64,000 nucleotides of DNA from Selaginella moellendorffii. Taxonomy: Eukaryota > Plantae > Lycopodiophyta. Positions 1 to 12,167 of the stretch are shown piece by piece (position 1 is the stretch's first letter; each line of letters begins with the position of its first letter). The stretch spans positions 1,220,623-1,284,622 of the forward strand of contig NW_003314269.1 in the NCBI RefSeq assembly GCF_000143415.4, written 5' to 3'. A program made the position numbers and the translations under genes. Below the pieces are notes generated by a model. That model was not told the DNA's origin. It did no database searches and saw only the letters and a list, made by a program, of their open reading frames with translations.

Positions 1-590
1 CAATACTCCGTCAATGCTGCATTCCTAGCGACGCTTTACAGTGACTACTTACTGGCGGCGGACATTCCTGGCTGGTCATGCGGTCCGCAGCTCTACAAGG
101 CTGACAAGCTACGCGAATTTGCAAAGTCTCAGGCAAGCATCGATAGTTTCCCAGTTTTCCTTCGAGTTATAACTAGTTTCCTATCCAGATGGACTACATT
201 CTCGGGAAGAACCCACGGCATATGAGCTACGTTGTGGGATTCGGCAACAAGTATCCCAAGTACGTCCACCACCGAGCAGCATCGGTTCCCAAGAATCGCA
301 AGACTGCTTGCGATGTGTCTGGATTCAAGTGGAGGGATAGCAAGCAGCCCAATCCCAATGTTATCGATGGCGCTCTAGTCGGGGGCCCCGATCCCAAGGA
401 CAGGTTCCAAGACAAGAGAGGGAACTACAACTTCACGGAGCCGACCATCGCTGGAAATGCGGGTTTAGTCGCAGCTTTGATCGCACTCTCTGGCAAAGAC
501 GACGCTGGTATTGATGCAATGACGATATTTTCTGCGATACCTCCTATGTTTCCAGCTCCACCACCACCCTCCCCTCCATGGACTCCATAG
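1..590 (+). CDS. KOR1: 3' end of membrane-anchored endo-1,4-beta-glucanase (GH9, KORRIGAN type); partial
   Basis: FAKSQ|[19 protein letters not shown] and [17 protein letters not shown]9 motifs; Pro-rich C-terminus [16 protein letters not shown] typical of KOR; intron 133-188. Confidence 0.9.
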
Positions 591-782
591 ATTTTATATA
601 TTTCATTTTTTCGATTGAACTAATATTTTAGTTCGCATTAATAATATATCTAGCATCAAACACTATTTCTAGCTGCTGTAGCATTAAAAATATTGTGAAC
701 CGTAAAAAAATTATATTATATATGGTTTATTATCGTTTTATATAAATCAGAAAATATAGTTCAATATTTGTCAAAAGTCAAA

Positions 783-2043
783 ATGTTTAAGTTAGCTGCA
801 ACTGTTCTTGTGTTGAGTTTGATCTTCGTTCCATGCATTGTCTGCGACGAGAGACATCAATCCGTGATAAATGCTGACAATCATCCAATTTATATTTTTG
901 TTGATCCAAATTATACTTCTGATGCTAACAGTCCAATGCGTGCTTATACCTTCCAAAATATTAGCTCTGCAATCGATTGGATTCCTTATAATGCATCAAA
1001 TCGATTTGTGATTTTGGTTGAGCCAGGTGTCTACCGGTACGTAATATTTGTCATTATATTATGTTTTCTGATTTTTTTTTGTTTCTGGAATGCAGTGAAA
1101 AGATCACAATACCAAAATTTAAAGATTATATCACATTGCAAGGCCAAACCAAGTATATATTTGATACTGTGATTGTTTATAATGCAAATCATGGATCAGC
1201 TAATGGAACTGGTAAAAGTGCAACTTTTGAAGTATTTTCTAGATATTTTATTGCTCAATACATCACCTTCCAAGTAAGTCATTTCTATAGTTTCCTCTTT
1301 TATAATTTTTGGTTTGATGTTTTGGTAGAACGATGCACCATTCGCAAATCCAGGAGCCCATGACATGCAAGCCGTGGCCTTGAAATTAAGTGGCGATTTT
1401 GCAAGGATTTCTGATTGCTTCATCCTGTCAAGCCAGGACACCCTCTACGACGATCGTGGGAGGCACTACTTCAAGAACACATACATCGAGGGGAACATCG
1501 ATTTCATATTTGGCCTTGGAAGGTCACTCTACGAGGTAAGGAAAACTTTGTCTTTCAGTTCCTACACTACAACTCTCTTCTCCCCTCGCACAGAGATGTA
1601 ATCTCATCTCGAATGTCAATGCCACAACCAGTGGATCCTTGACGGCACAAGGAAAAGCCGCGCTCACTAATTTCACTTCTGGGTACTCCTTCCACAATTG
1701 CTATCTTGGTGGGACTGGAAAGATGACGCTGGGCCGACCTTGGGGGAGCAACGCATTTGTGGTTTTTAGCAATTGTTACATGGAGGCAGTGGTAGATCCC
1801 GTTGGCTGGACTCACTGGACTGATTCTTACGGCCCATCCAACAGGTAAATTATAGTAACTTCACACCTGTTTACTAACTTTTTTTTATCGCTCTCTTACA
1901 GCACTGCCTTTTTCGTGGAGTATCAAAATTACGGTCCCGGTGCTCATTCGTTGAAACGCGCAAACTGGACCAGAACGATAAAGCCAGACGTTGCTGAATT
2001 TTACGCAAGCACGGATTTTATAGACGGATCGGAGTGGCTGTGA
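783..2043 (+). CDS. Pectin methylesterase (secreted, no PRO domain), multi-exon
   Basis: Signal peptide; PGVYREKI, QAVAL, QDTLYDD, DFIFG, LGRPW, EYQNYGPG motifs across GT-AG introns; stop TGA 2041-2043. Confidence 0.92.
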
Positions 2044-2206
2044 TGGTTCTTGTTCCTACGTTTCATCCAAAAGCTTTTTTATCAAGTGTAATAGGGATTT
2101 TCTTTTCTTTATTTTCGCAAATCTGAAGTTTTCAGCTCCTACGCTTCTCTAGTCTAGTTTAGTTTGTCTCGTTACCTCGTCAGAGTCTTTGTTTCCATCA
2201 AATATC

Positions 2207-4523
2207 TTACTGTGATGACTCTTCGCTTATCTTAGGACTCGGAGCGTGCATCTGGAGACATCAAATATGGAAAAACTGAGGGGTGAAAAAAACAAGAGTA
2301 CCTCTAGAAGCCTGGGATGCTTGAGATGAGGTTGGATGTGGTGGTGATTGGTGCGGGAGCCAAGGCTTGCTTGCCTCAAGAGCTTCTGGAACTCACGCAA
2401 GCTGATCCGGCCATCGCCATCAGTATCAGCTTCGTCCAGCAGTGTATCTAGCGATCCTTTGAGCCCTGTGTACTGCACAGCGAGAAATGTTTCTAAACTC
2501 GAAATAATATGGTTTTCCTGTACCTCTTTGATCTCGTCTGGAGATATGAATCCGTCACCGTCTTTGTCGAACTTGTCAAACGCGCACTTTGTCCGCAGCT
2601 GCCACTTTTCAGAATCCAGCTCCTCGAGTTGACGAACATGGAGCGTGGCAGCAACAAACTCGTCGAAGTCTATGAATCCGTCCATATTGGCGTCCATCTG
2701 CGGGCATGCATCGTCAATCTAGCTGCGCCAGAACGTAAGTAGTAGACTTACAGCTTGGAGGATTTCTAATACTTTTGATTCTTTCAACGTCCATGGACGG
2801 TCCTTCAAGAGTGCCTAGCTAACCAGCACAGAACTCAAGCTCAACATTAGAAAATGCCGGATATAACCTGTCGTATTTCTTCTAGAGTGATTGTGCCACT
2901 CCCATCAACGTCAATGATGTTGAATTGGTCACGAAGATTGTGAATTTCTTCCGGTTCTAAGGTTGTAGCCAGAGCCTAGACAATAAAAATCAGAATGGAA
3001 ATTGCAGTTTGACAAAACAGCGTGATACACTTACCCGAAAAGCAAATTGCTTTAATCGACTGAACTTGACAAACTCTCTCATGTTAGAGAGAACAATGAT
3101 GTCCAGTGGGAAATCAGGTGCACACCCGCCCTCTCTGACCCATGGATGAGCTGCAAAAGAGAACAAAAAAAGAAGGTCCGAGTGAACTATAACTAAACTC
3201 CACTTGCTTACATAGTGCTTGAGCGGCAGTCGGCCTCGCCCGTGGATCCTTCACGAGCAAGCGTTTCACGAAATCCTTGGCATTGGCACTTATAGACGGC
3301 CAAGGCTTATTTTGAAACTGCGGTTTCTTCTTCAGCACCTGTACTTACAAGACGACATAAGAAGAATTATACAGACAACACGTTTACCCACGAAACGAAC
3401 CTCGTTAAATATTCCAGCCTCTGTCTTATCCCAGAACGGCCGTTTGCCGCATAACAGAATGTAGGTAATAACCCCGATGCTCCAGACGTCGGACTCCGGC
3501 CCAGACTTCCTCTTGAGAACTTCGGGGGCAACGTAATACGCGCTTCCAACAATATCATGGAATCTCCTCCCTGTATGTTCGGAGCTGTCAACCACAAACG
3601 AAGGCTCTGTACAAGCAACATTACCAGGTCTGATAAAGTCTGACAAGCCAAAATCTGTTGCCTTGAGCGGTGTGTTGTCCCTCTGCGATTTGAACAAGAA
3701 ATTCTGCAAACTGGTACAGCATTAGCACTACAAACCTTTCGTGAGATGCAGTACCTCTGGCTTCAAGTCCCGGTGAACAACGCCGTGAAGGTGGCAACGA
3801 GCAACGACTTTGAGCATTTGCCTCACAAGCTCCGCGGCATCTTTCTCCGAGTAGCAGCCATTTTTCCTGATGACAATACACACAGTGTCTCAGAACAACA
3901 CAAAGTTTCTAAGAGATCGATCATACTTGGACAAGATCCGATCCAAAAGCTCGCCACCCTCGCACAACCTGTTCAGCAAATCTTAGCCTCGACACACAAG
4001 AGCCTGTTTCCAGGACGGGGTCTAAACTCACTCCATAACGATGTAGACGTAGTCGTCATCCTCAAATGACGCATAGAACTGTACAACGTTCTCGTGGCCG
4101 CTTAGAAGCTGTAAGATCCTCACTTCCCGCCTAACATCCTCCACAGAAATTGGGAGTAGCATCTGGAAAAACCGCACGAAAACATTGGTCTAGACAAGCA
4201 TAGAAAAACTTCCAATCGATAGATCAAACCTTCTTCTTCTCGATGCGTTTCACAGCGACATTCTCCCCTGATCCAATCTTTGTAGCGGCATAAGTGTAGC
4301 CGAATTGCCCGTGGCCCAGGAGCTTGCCGAGCTTGTACTTGGCCTGGAAATCCCTCCCATACCCGAAATTGGTCCTCTTTCCAAGAGGAACCACATGAGC
4401 CGACTGGTTCTTTGAGCGCTGCTCCTTGGTCTTGACTTGGTCTTTAGCAGCGTGATCCCCGTGCTTCTTGTTCTTCTCCTTCTCCGCCTTCTCGGATCGA
4501 TCAGCAGAGAAACAGATCCCCAT
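2207..4523 (-). CDS. Calcium-dependent protein kinase, CPK16/18/28 clade
   Basis: MGICFS myristoylation start; [19 protein letters not shown]; DFGLSDFI; [26 protein letters not shown]; EF hands [38 protein letters not shown]; last exon inferred. Confidence 0.92.
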
Positions 4524-5152
4524 CCTAGCAGCAATCTAGCATCGCCGCGCCATGGACAGGAGCCGGCTACAACGCCGGCGAGGGGATTTCTCGCGGAAGC
4601 ATTGGCCGAAATATCGCTGGAGACCCCGAGATCCTACGCAATGCGCTGGAATTCCGAGTGAAATCCTCCGAATTCTTCGCGGCCCGACCCTAGCGATCGA
4701 GACGCGCGGTGATCGAATTTCGATTGCCCGGATCGAAAGAGCTGACCTGGAGAAGCGAAGCGCTATAAGGCGCTGGCTGGAGCGAGTGAAACCGAAGAAA
4801 ACGCTCCAGTGTATGGGGAGAAGAACAAGGTAAAAGAGATAACTCATCGACACTCCGCGTGACGGGCGTGACGGGCGAGGTGAAACTTTCCCCTGTGACG
4901 TTTTCACCTCAAGCTCCAAATATTTACCACCCCCAACTCCATAGTATAATCGATCAAAGCACATCTATTGATCACAATCACGGACACTTCTTGACTATCT
5001 CTCGTGCTATTAAATTGCGTGACTGACTTCCTTCAATCTTTGGATAGAATATCTCCAGGAATCTTAGTAGGACGATCGCATTTCTAGATTCTTTTCGTAC
5101 AAATATGGTACGGAGCCAAGATTTTTCTAGGGCTCCTGGCATTTTGCCAGGC

Positions 5153-6744
5153 ATGGCGGCAACGCAATATCCTCCGTGCGCCGTCTTCTCTTCATCGACG
5201 AATCGATGCCGCCGAGCTGGAGGAGGGAAGAGGAGGATTGCGAGGATCAATGTGGCCGCCGCGCTTGCGTATGGCGATTGGAGCGGTGCGTTGCCAGGTG
5301 AATTGCCCGGCTCTTCGTCCGCGAGGCTGGATTCCATCAGCGATTTCACTCGCTTCTTGGACAAGGGGGATCAAGGCGCGGAGCTTCAGACAGCGATTGT
5401 GAGCTATGCTGCGCCCAAGAAGAATATGTGGTCACTGTTCCAGCCTCAAGTCCAGGTAAGAGCGATTGCTTGAGTTTTTTCTCGTGAATTTGATTCACTT
5501 TTCAGATTGATCTCGTGGCAGCAGTACACATTGCTGATAAAGAGTAAGCGCTGGAACTCTAGCAGCGCTAGTGACATTGGTCTCAATTTTTTTCGTTCCA
5601 GGTATTTTCGTGCTCTCCAAAATGAATTGGATGCTTACGACGCGGTTCTATATGAGATGGTAGCGGAGAAAGGAAAGAACTGGAAAGGCCGTGGAAGATG
5701 GAAGCCTCCAAATCGCAAGTCACAAGGCAAGAATAGTAGGAAAAATCGGAGCTTTAGTTTCGTTGGCGCGATCCAGCGTCTCATGGCTCAAGTTCTCAGC
5801 TTGGATTTTCAGCTGGAATGCATGGACTACCAAAATGATAACTGGTACCATGCAGACCTCGACTTTGAAACTTTCCAAGATCTCCAGGTGCTTAAAAATT
5901 TGATTTTCTGGAGAACTAAACTCTAGTTTGGCCTTCCTTTTTTTTTTCCAGCGTAGGAAAGGAGAGAGCCTCTTTGGATTTGCAACTGAAATGACAAAGA
6001 TCTCGACGGCTGCTCTCTCGGCAGCTGCTCTCGCGCGAACCGACTTGGATCAATGGCGAGGGAAGCTTTTGTGGGCTTCTCGAGTCTTTCCAATGCCGCT
6101 GCTGGGACTATTCGTGATCGAGGGAGTCTGTGCTCCACCAGACGCACCTCTCTCAAGCTCTCCAGAAATGAAGGCCTTGTTCAACTTGGAGCTTGCAGCG
6201 GCAACAAAACTCTTCCTCGCAAAGCAGCTATCCACCGAGTAAGCTTGAGAACAAGTTCTCGTTTTCGTTTTTTCGCTTGACAAAGAGGATTTCCTGGAAC
6301 AGCTTAACAGAAGGAGCGTTCTCGTTGCTCAAGGACTCGGTGATAATCGGTGAAAGGAACAGCGTTGCGATGAGAGAGCTGGAAGCTGCCATAGCCGAAG
6401 GCTGCGAGAAGATAGCCATCTTCTACGGCAGTGGACATCTCCCCGACATGGATTCTCGCCTGCGAAGCTTGGGCTTCTTTCCACAGAGATTAAAGTGGCA
6501 GACTGCCTGGTCGATCCAATCTACGGCGAGAAGATCAAGCTCCGAGAAGAATGACAACGTGTTCTCTCTAGCAACTCTTACGAAGATCACAAACTGGCCG
6601 CTCAATCGATACGAAACGCTAGCGCTCATCCTCTTCTCGTCAGTGTTGGCTGTGGATCTTTGGTTCTGGGAGGCGTGCTTGGAAACGATAAACGAGTCGG
6701 GCAACCATCTCCTCCAGTTGATAGCTGCGTCCGTACAGATATAA
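5153..6744 (+). CDS. Uncharacterised, probably plastid-targeted protein with TraB/GumN-like motifs and C-terminal hydrophobic segment
   Basis: Transit-peptide-like N-terminus; spliced IDLVAAVHIADK..YFRALQNELDAYDAVLYEMV, IIGERN..IAIFYGSGHLPDM. Confidence 0.65.
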
Positions 6745-6936
6745 GTGAACTTTACAGTCACGAGGATCAAAGAATATGCTCTAGAAGATAGTGCGAATAT
6801 GCTCAAGGGCTTTGTAGGGTTTCTGGGAAATGCGCTTGTGCTCGCGGGCGATGGGAGCTGCGATTCGTCGAGGATGAGCTCTCTGAATCGCTCGTGGTGA
6901 GATTTTGCCGCATATTTTGCCAGCGCCAGGGACGGG

Positions 6937-9900
6937 ATGTGTGCATCTGGTGGTGTTCTTCCCACAGCGACGCTCTCTTGCAGCAGGACTTACGCGCTCT
7001 TGCCGGCGAGGAGGACTGCCCGGCCGGGTCTGCGCCATGCGAAGCTGCTCGTCGCGGAGCTGCGAAGCCGTGAGTGCTGCCATAGCCATCGTAGGCGCGG
7101 AGGGTTACAGGCAACAGCTTGTTCTTCGTCTGCCGATCCAGGGAAAGGGATTCCCAATCGTTCTCAGCCGCTGCCTCTAGAGAGAGACGTCCAGATTGAC
7201 CAGCTCCAGGCGTGGTTTTGTCACGGTAGAACTTTTCTGCTATGCAGCGGGATCTTATGGATGGTATGGAACGGCAAGGCGAGTCCAGCTTATGGAGCAG
7301 TCACGGCGGTGGATCTGGCAGGAAAGTCGAGAGCTCTTCTACAGGGTGCCTGGCCCAAGATCTTGCAAGTTTTGGGCATGCTCAAGGAACAAGGACTTCT
7401 GCTATCGGTTCTCCTCGGACTGTCGGCGTTCTTCTCCATGTCCGAGACGGCGATCACGACGCTGTGGCCCTGGAAGGTAATGCCATCCTTGTCATTACTC
7501 TCTCACAGTATAACTCTCAAACTGAATAGGTGAGGCCTCGTTAAGATGTCTATAGGTCAGGGAATTGGCTGAGAAGGAGAGTGAGGGAGGCGTGTTCCAG
7601 CTGCTGCGCCAGGACGTGACGCGGTTCCTCACGACCATTTTGATTGGCACTACGTGAGTTTTCTCATTTCTTCTCTCTTTTCTCTCGACTGAAATTTTTT
7701 ATGTGCGTTTTAGAATCGCAAACATCGCTGCGACGGCCCTCGTAACTGATGCTGCCACGGCGCTATTCGGTGAAGCCGGAGTCACTGCAGCCACTGGAGT
7801 TATGACGGTGCGTGGTAGCATTACTCGTTCGTGGTTTTGATATACACTCAAAACTTTGCAGGTGGTTGTGCTACTACTTACGGAGATTGCTCCAAAGAGT
7901 ATAGCTGTGCATAATGCCACTGAAGTCGCCCGTTTTGTAGTAAGTGATTGTAAGTTTTGGTGGAAGAAAAACATAATCGACTTTCATCGTTTTATTTGTA
8001 GGTCCGTCCTGTGGCATGGTTGTCAGTGGTTCTGTATCCAGTGGGACGGATAGTCACCATTCTTTCCACAGCGATGCTGAAATTTTTTGGCCTCAAAAGC
8101 AGTGGGTAAGTTTGATAATCTGTGGCGAGGTGCTGTTTTTGTACTGAATTTCTTTTCTTTTCGCAGCGAGCCGTTTGTTACAGAGGAAGAGCTTAAACTT
8201 ATGCTGCGAGGGGCAGAGTTGAGCGGCGCTATTGAAGAGGAAGAACAGGTCTAATTTACATCATGGCCTTTGGACACAGTACTGAAAAATTACTATGCAG
8301 GATATGATAGAAAATGTCTTGGACATTAAAGATACATACGTTCGGGAGGTAATGACTCCCTTAGTCGACGTTGTGGCCATTGACGGGGGTGCGACCTTGA
8401 TGGAATTCCGAAATTTCTGGGTGAAGCACCAGTACTCAAGGTACTTCCACCTTGAAACAGAGATAATGTTCTGAAACTGATTGCTTACAGGGTTCCCGTG
8501 TTTGAACGTCGTGTTGATAACATTGTAGGAATAGCTTATGCTATGGATATGCTTGACTATGTAGAGCAGGTTTGTACTTTTAACACTTATCTTGCGATTG
8601 CTAATACGAGCGATATGCAGTCGGAGCTGTTGCAGAAAATCACGGTGGCAAGGGTTGCTCATAGGCCAGCTTATTTTGTTCCCGGTAAGCTCTTGCTTTG
8701 ATGCGTATTTGTGAGCAAACGATTATTACAGATTCCATGTCCGTATGGAATTTACTGAGAGAATTTCGTATTAGAAAAGTACATATGGCTATTGTGCTGA
8801 ACGAGTATGGTGGCACCGTTGGGGTACGTTTCATAGTTCTTTTCGGGAGTATAATACACTTCTATTGCAGATTGTAACACTGGAAGATGTTGTTGAGGAG
8901 ATTGTTGGAGAAATTTTTGACGAAAACGATTCCAAGGTTTTGCTTTGTTCTTATTGCTGATGTTTTCTGAAGCTTATAAATGGTCTTTTTATGACGATAG
9001 GAAGAGATACGACGAAAGACCGGCTATGTAGTCCAAAGAGCTGAAGGTGTATTTGATGTTGATGCTAATACATCAATCGAGGATCTGTCCGAGGCTTTGC
9101 AAGTGAAATTCCCGGAGGTCAGTACTCTTTTGTTCAGCGTGACAGATTTTTACGTGGTTTTCTCCAGGAGCACCACTATGAAACCGTCTCTGGATTCGTC
9201 TGTGAAGCATTCGGCTACATTCCACGCACAGGAGAGAGCGTTAAAGTGGTTCTACGAAAGCAAGACTCGGAAGAAAACCAAGAGGGGGAAACAGAAAACC
9301 AGGAAGAAAAAAAAGAAAAGTTTCAAACTTACAAACTCGAGGTATGGTTTTCTATGGGCACTGCTGGAGAAGATTCATTGAAGACTGTTTTTTGCACCAG
9401 ATTTTAGCTGGCAACGCTAGGAAAGTTGGTGCGACGCGCTTTGAGGTACTGGATTCATCGAAGTCCAACGAAGACGTAGCTCGTCCGCTGCCTCGTTTCG
9501 TGAGGCGTGCCTGGGAGGAGCAGTGCGAGGCGAATGACTCGGACAAGGTTGCCATAATCTGGGACGGCAAGACGGTTCCTTGCGCCAAGGGAGACAACGA
9601 GCTTTGCAGCACCGAGGACTCGGAATCGGAGGAGAACGGGACCAACAACGCGATCGAGGTGGTTTCCTCGGACGTGATCGAGGCCGTGGAATGGACAGTG
9701 ACGAGCAGAGATGGCGAGAACGAGAACGAGACTGATATCGAGGAACTGGAGCCTTCAAACGCGATGGAGAGATATATCGATCGAAGGCGGCAGAGACGAA
9801 GGAAGCAAGCGCTGGAAGCCACTGCCGAGCTCACCAGGCAGAGAAAGCTCGAGATCCAGCGAAAAAAAGAGGCCGAGAGAACGATGCTAAGCTCGAGGAA

Positions 9901-9946
9901 ATCCGTGAAGAACGAAAAATCGGGTGATACTAAGGACAGTTTTTAA
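6937..9946 (+). CDS. DUF21 (CNNM) + CBS + CorC_HlyC domain protein, chloroplastic type (CBSDUFCH-like)
   Basis: [86 protein letters not shown]. Confidence 0.9.
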
Positions 9947-10139
9947 TGAAGGCTTCTCATTCCCGTTCGTGGTATTCGTTTGGTGATCTGACGGCTGTGG
10001 TTTGAGATATCCGACGGCTGTGGCTGGACACGCCATTGATGTGAGTTGTTTTGTGTGTGTGGGTTTTGGCGCTCGGTTTTCCTCTTGCGGGGAAAGAATG
10101 TAACGTAGGGCGTCTGCGCGCAGGGCTGGATTCCACGCG

Positions 10140-12086
10140 ATGACGAAGAAATCACAGCGATTGCCACCGCGATCGGGCGCCAAAGCGCTGGGAGCGGGGA
10201 AAATTGCGTATTCGCGGCCGGATGTACACAGGCTCTTCGGTCACTACAATGATCTCTACTTCGCGAGCGAGCTTGCAGGGTGTAGCGTCGAATGGAGCTC
10301 CCGGAGAACAAGGTGCGATGGTTTGTCTTCCTTCCTTCTTCTTCTCGAGCATAAACCCTAAGTCTCGGTTCGTTCCAGCGAAGCTGGAGAGTGCTTCTAC
10401 GGTCCAGGAAGGTGCCAGATTCGGCTGTCGGAGCCGATTCTAAAATCGCGAAGCTTGGGCGAGGTGAAATCGACGCTGCTCCACGAAATGATCCACGCGC
10501 ATTTGTTCGTCACTAAAGAGAACGCGAATCACAAGTATGTTGCCACTGCCTTCTAGCTTCTCTTTGTGATTCCTCGCTTTTTTCTTTTCTTTGATACAGT
10601 GATCACGGGGATTTGTTTAGGATGAAAGTGGACCAGATCAAAGAATCTCAGCTTCAAGATGAAGAGGTGGTGATACTTTGTCTCTTTCTCTTGCTTGACT
10701 CTGCTAAAAAAATGTGTTTTTTAGAGGCCCGAGGATGGCTATGGTATTCGTCTCCAACATTCTTTCTTGGAGGGGAGCTGCTCGGAGGTGAACACCATTA
10801 TCTTTCACAGAAAGTTTTCTAATTCTATTGTTGCGATTTGCAGTCTCGAGAGTGCGAGGACGTTCAAGAATTTCTTCCGGATGCTACTGTCAGCGCTCGT
10901 GTCATGTCAGGCATATTTTTTTTTCTTTGCTTTTTCTCTCTTCGTTTTTCTGTGAAGTAAGAATCTAAAACTTCTTTCGTTGATTGTAGCAAGACGAAGA
11001 AAAGCGGTGAAAGCAGTGATCTTCTCACGAAAGGTATCTATAAACTTGTGAAGGAATGTTTAAATTCCTGTTTTTTCTTGTGTAGATGTCAAGGAACCAC
11101 CAACGGAGTCATTCAAACGCACGAATAACAGCGTTGATAAACACGTAAGCTTCAAAATTCCCCGACTGGATTCGTTTTTCGGGAAAAGCCGGGGCCTGGA
11201 GAAGAAAGGAAAGCTCCGGAAAGCAAGCTTGGTTCCTAAAGACACTAGGATACTTCAGAATGTTCAGACCGCGGGAAAACCGATGCCTGACGTGATAATC
11301 GGCTGGAAAAACTGGTGTGCCTCGGAACCAGAAGAAGAGGAGGAGCGTCTTATCGACAGGAGGCGAGAAAGGAGGCTGCTAGAAAACGCAAGGATATCCG
11401 AGAAGTTACACCAGACCGGATCGAGTAAACAATCTACACACGAGATGGTCGATCCGGGAATGCATGCTCGAAGCAATTCGAATCAAGCCGATGAGACGGT
11501 GTATCAAGACAGGATCTCTTCCGGGGGTCTAGAACTGGAAGCTTGCAGGGACAGGGTCTCTTCAGGGGGTCTAGAACTGGAAGTTTACCAAGGTGACATG
11601 GAGATGGTGGATCTAAAACTAGAAACTAGCCGGGAGATCGTCTCGCCAGGGAGTCTAGTGGTTTTCCAGGGACGCATGGAGAGAGGGGAACCGTCACACG
11701 GCTATAGAGATGATCCAGGGACGAGTTTGATCGACTTGGATCCCGAGCAAGGAGATCACTCGCGAGCTCTGGTAGTGGCGCCGCTCAAAGTCTACGAGAG
11801 GAGGAGGGATCGCGAGAGGAAGAAGAAGGCTCAGCTGGAGAGGGAGAGGAGGACCGTGGAGAGCAAAGCACCAGGTATGAAGCTCTCGATTGGTTCTATT
11901 CTTTCTTCTTGGATTGATCTTCTTGTTCTTCGTGGTCTTCCTTTGTTCTTGTGTTTTGTCACAGTGACACTATCGACTTTCTGTCCAATTTGCTCGCAAG
12001 TGTTTTCGTTTGACACCACCAAGCCGGAGGACAATGCGAAGTTTAACACTCACATCGACCTTTGTTTAAATGGTAGAGCTTTGTAA
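10140..12086 (+). CDS. SprT-like (SPRTN/Spartan) DNA-protein crosslink metalloprotease with C-terminal UBZ zinc finger
   Basis: DVHRLFGHYNDLYF..VEWS, TLLHEMIHAYLF (HExxH), DHGDLF; C-terminal CPICS..FNTHIDLCL; middle exons uncertain. Confidence 0.8.
11508..11625 (+). repeat. 42-bp coding tandem repeat (about 3 copies) in the SprT gene
   Basis: gacaggatctcttccgggggtctagaactggaag / gacagggtctcttcagggggtctagaactggaag; DRISSGGLELE / DRVSSGGLELE. Confidence 0.85.
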
Positions 12087-12167
12087 ATACTTTTCTATAT
12101 GAAAGCTTCTTTCGCGCCATTGGTTGGGCTAGGTTTCTTCTAGCGAGGGTTTGGTTCGCAGGTAGCT

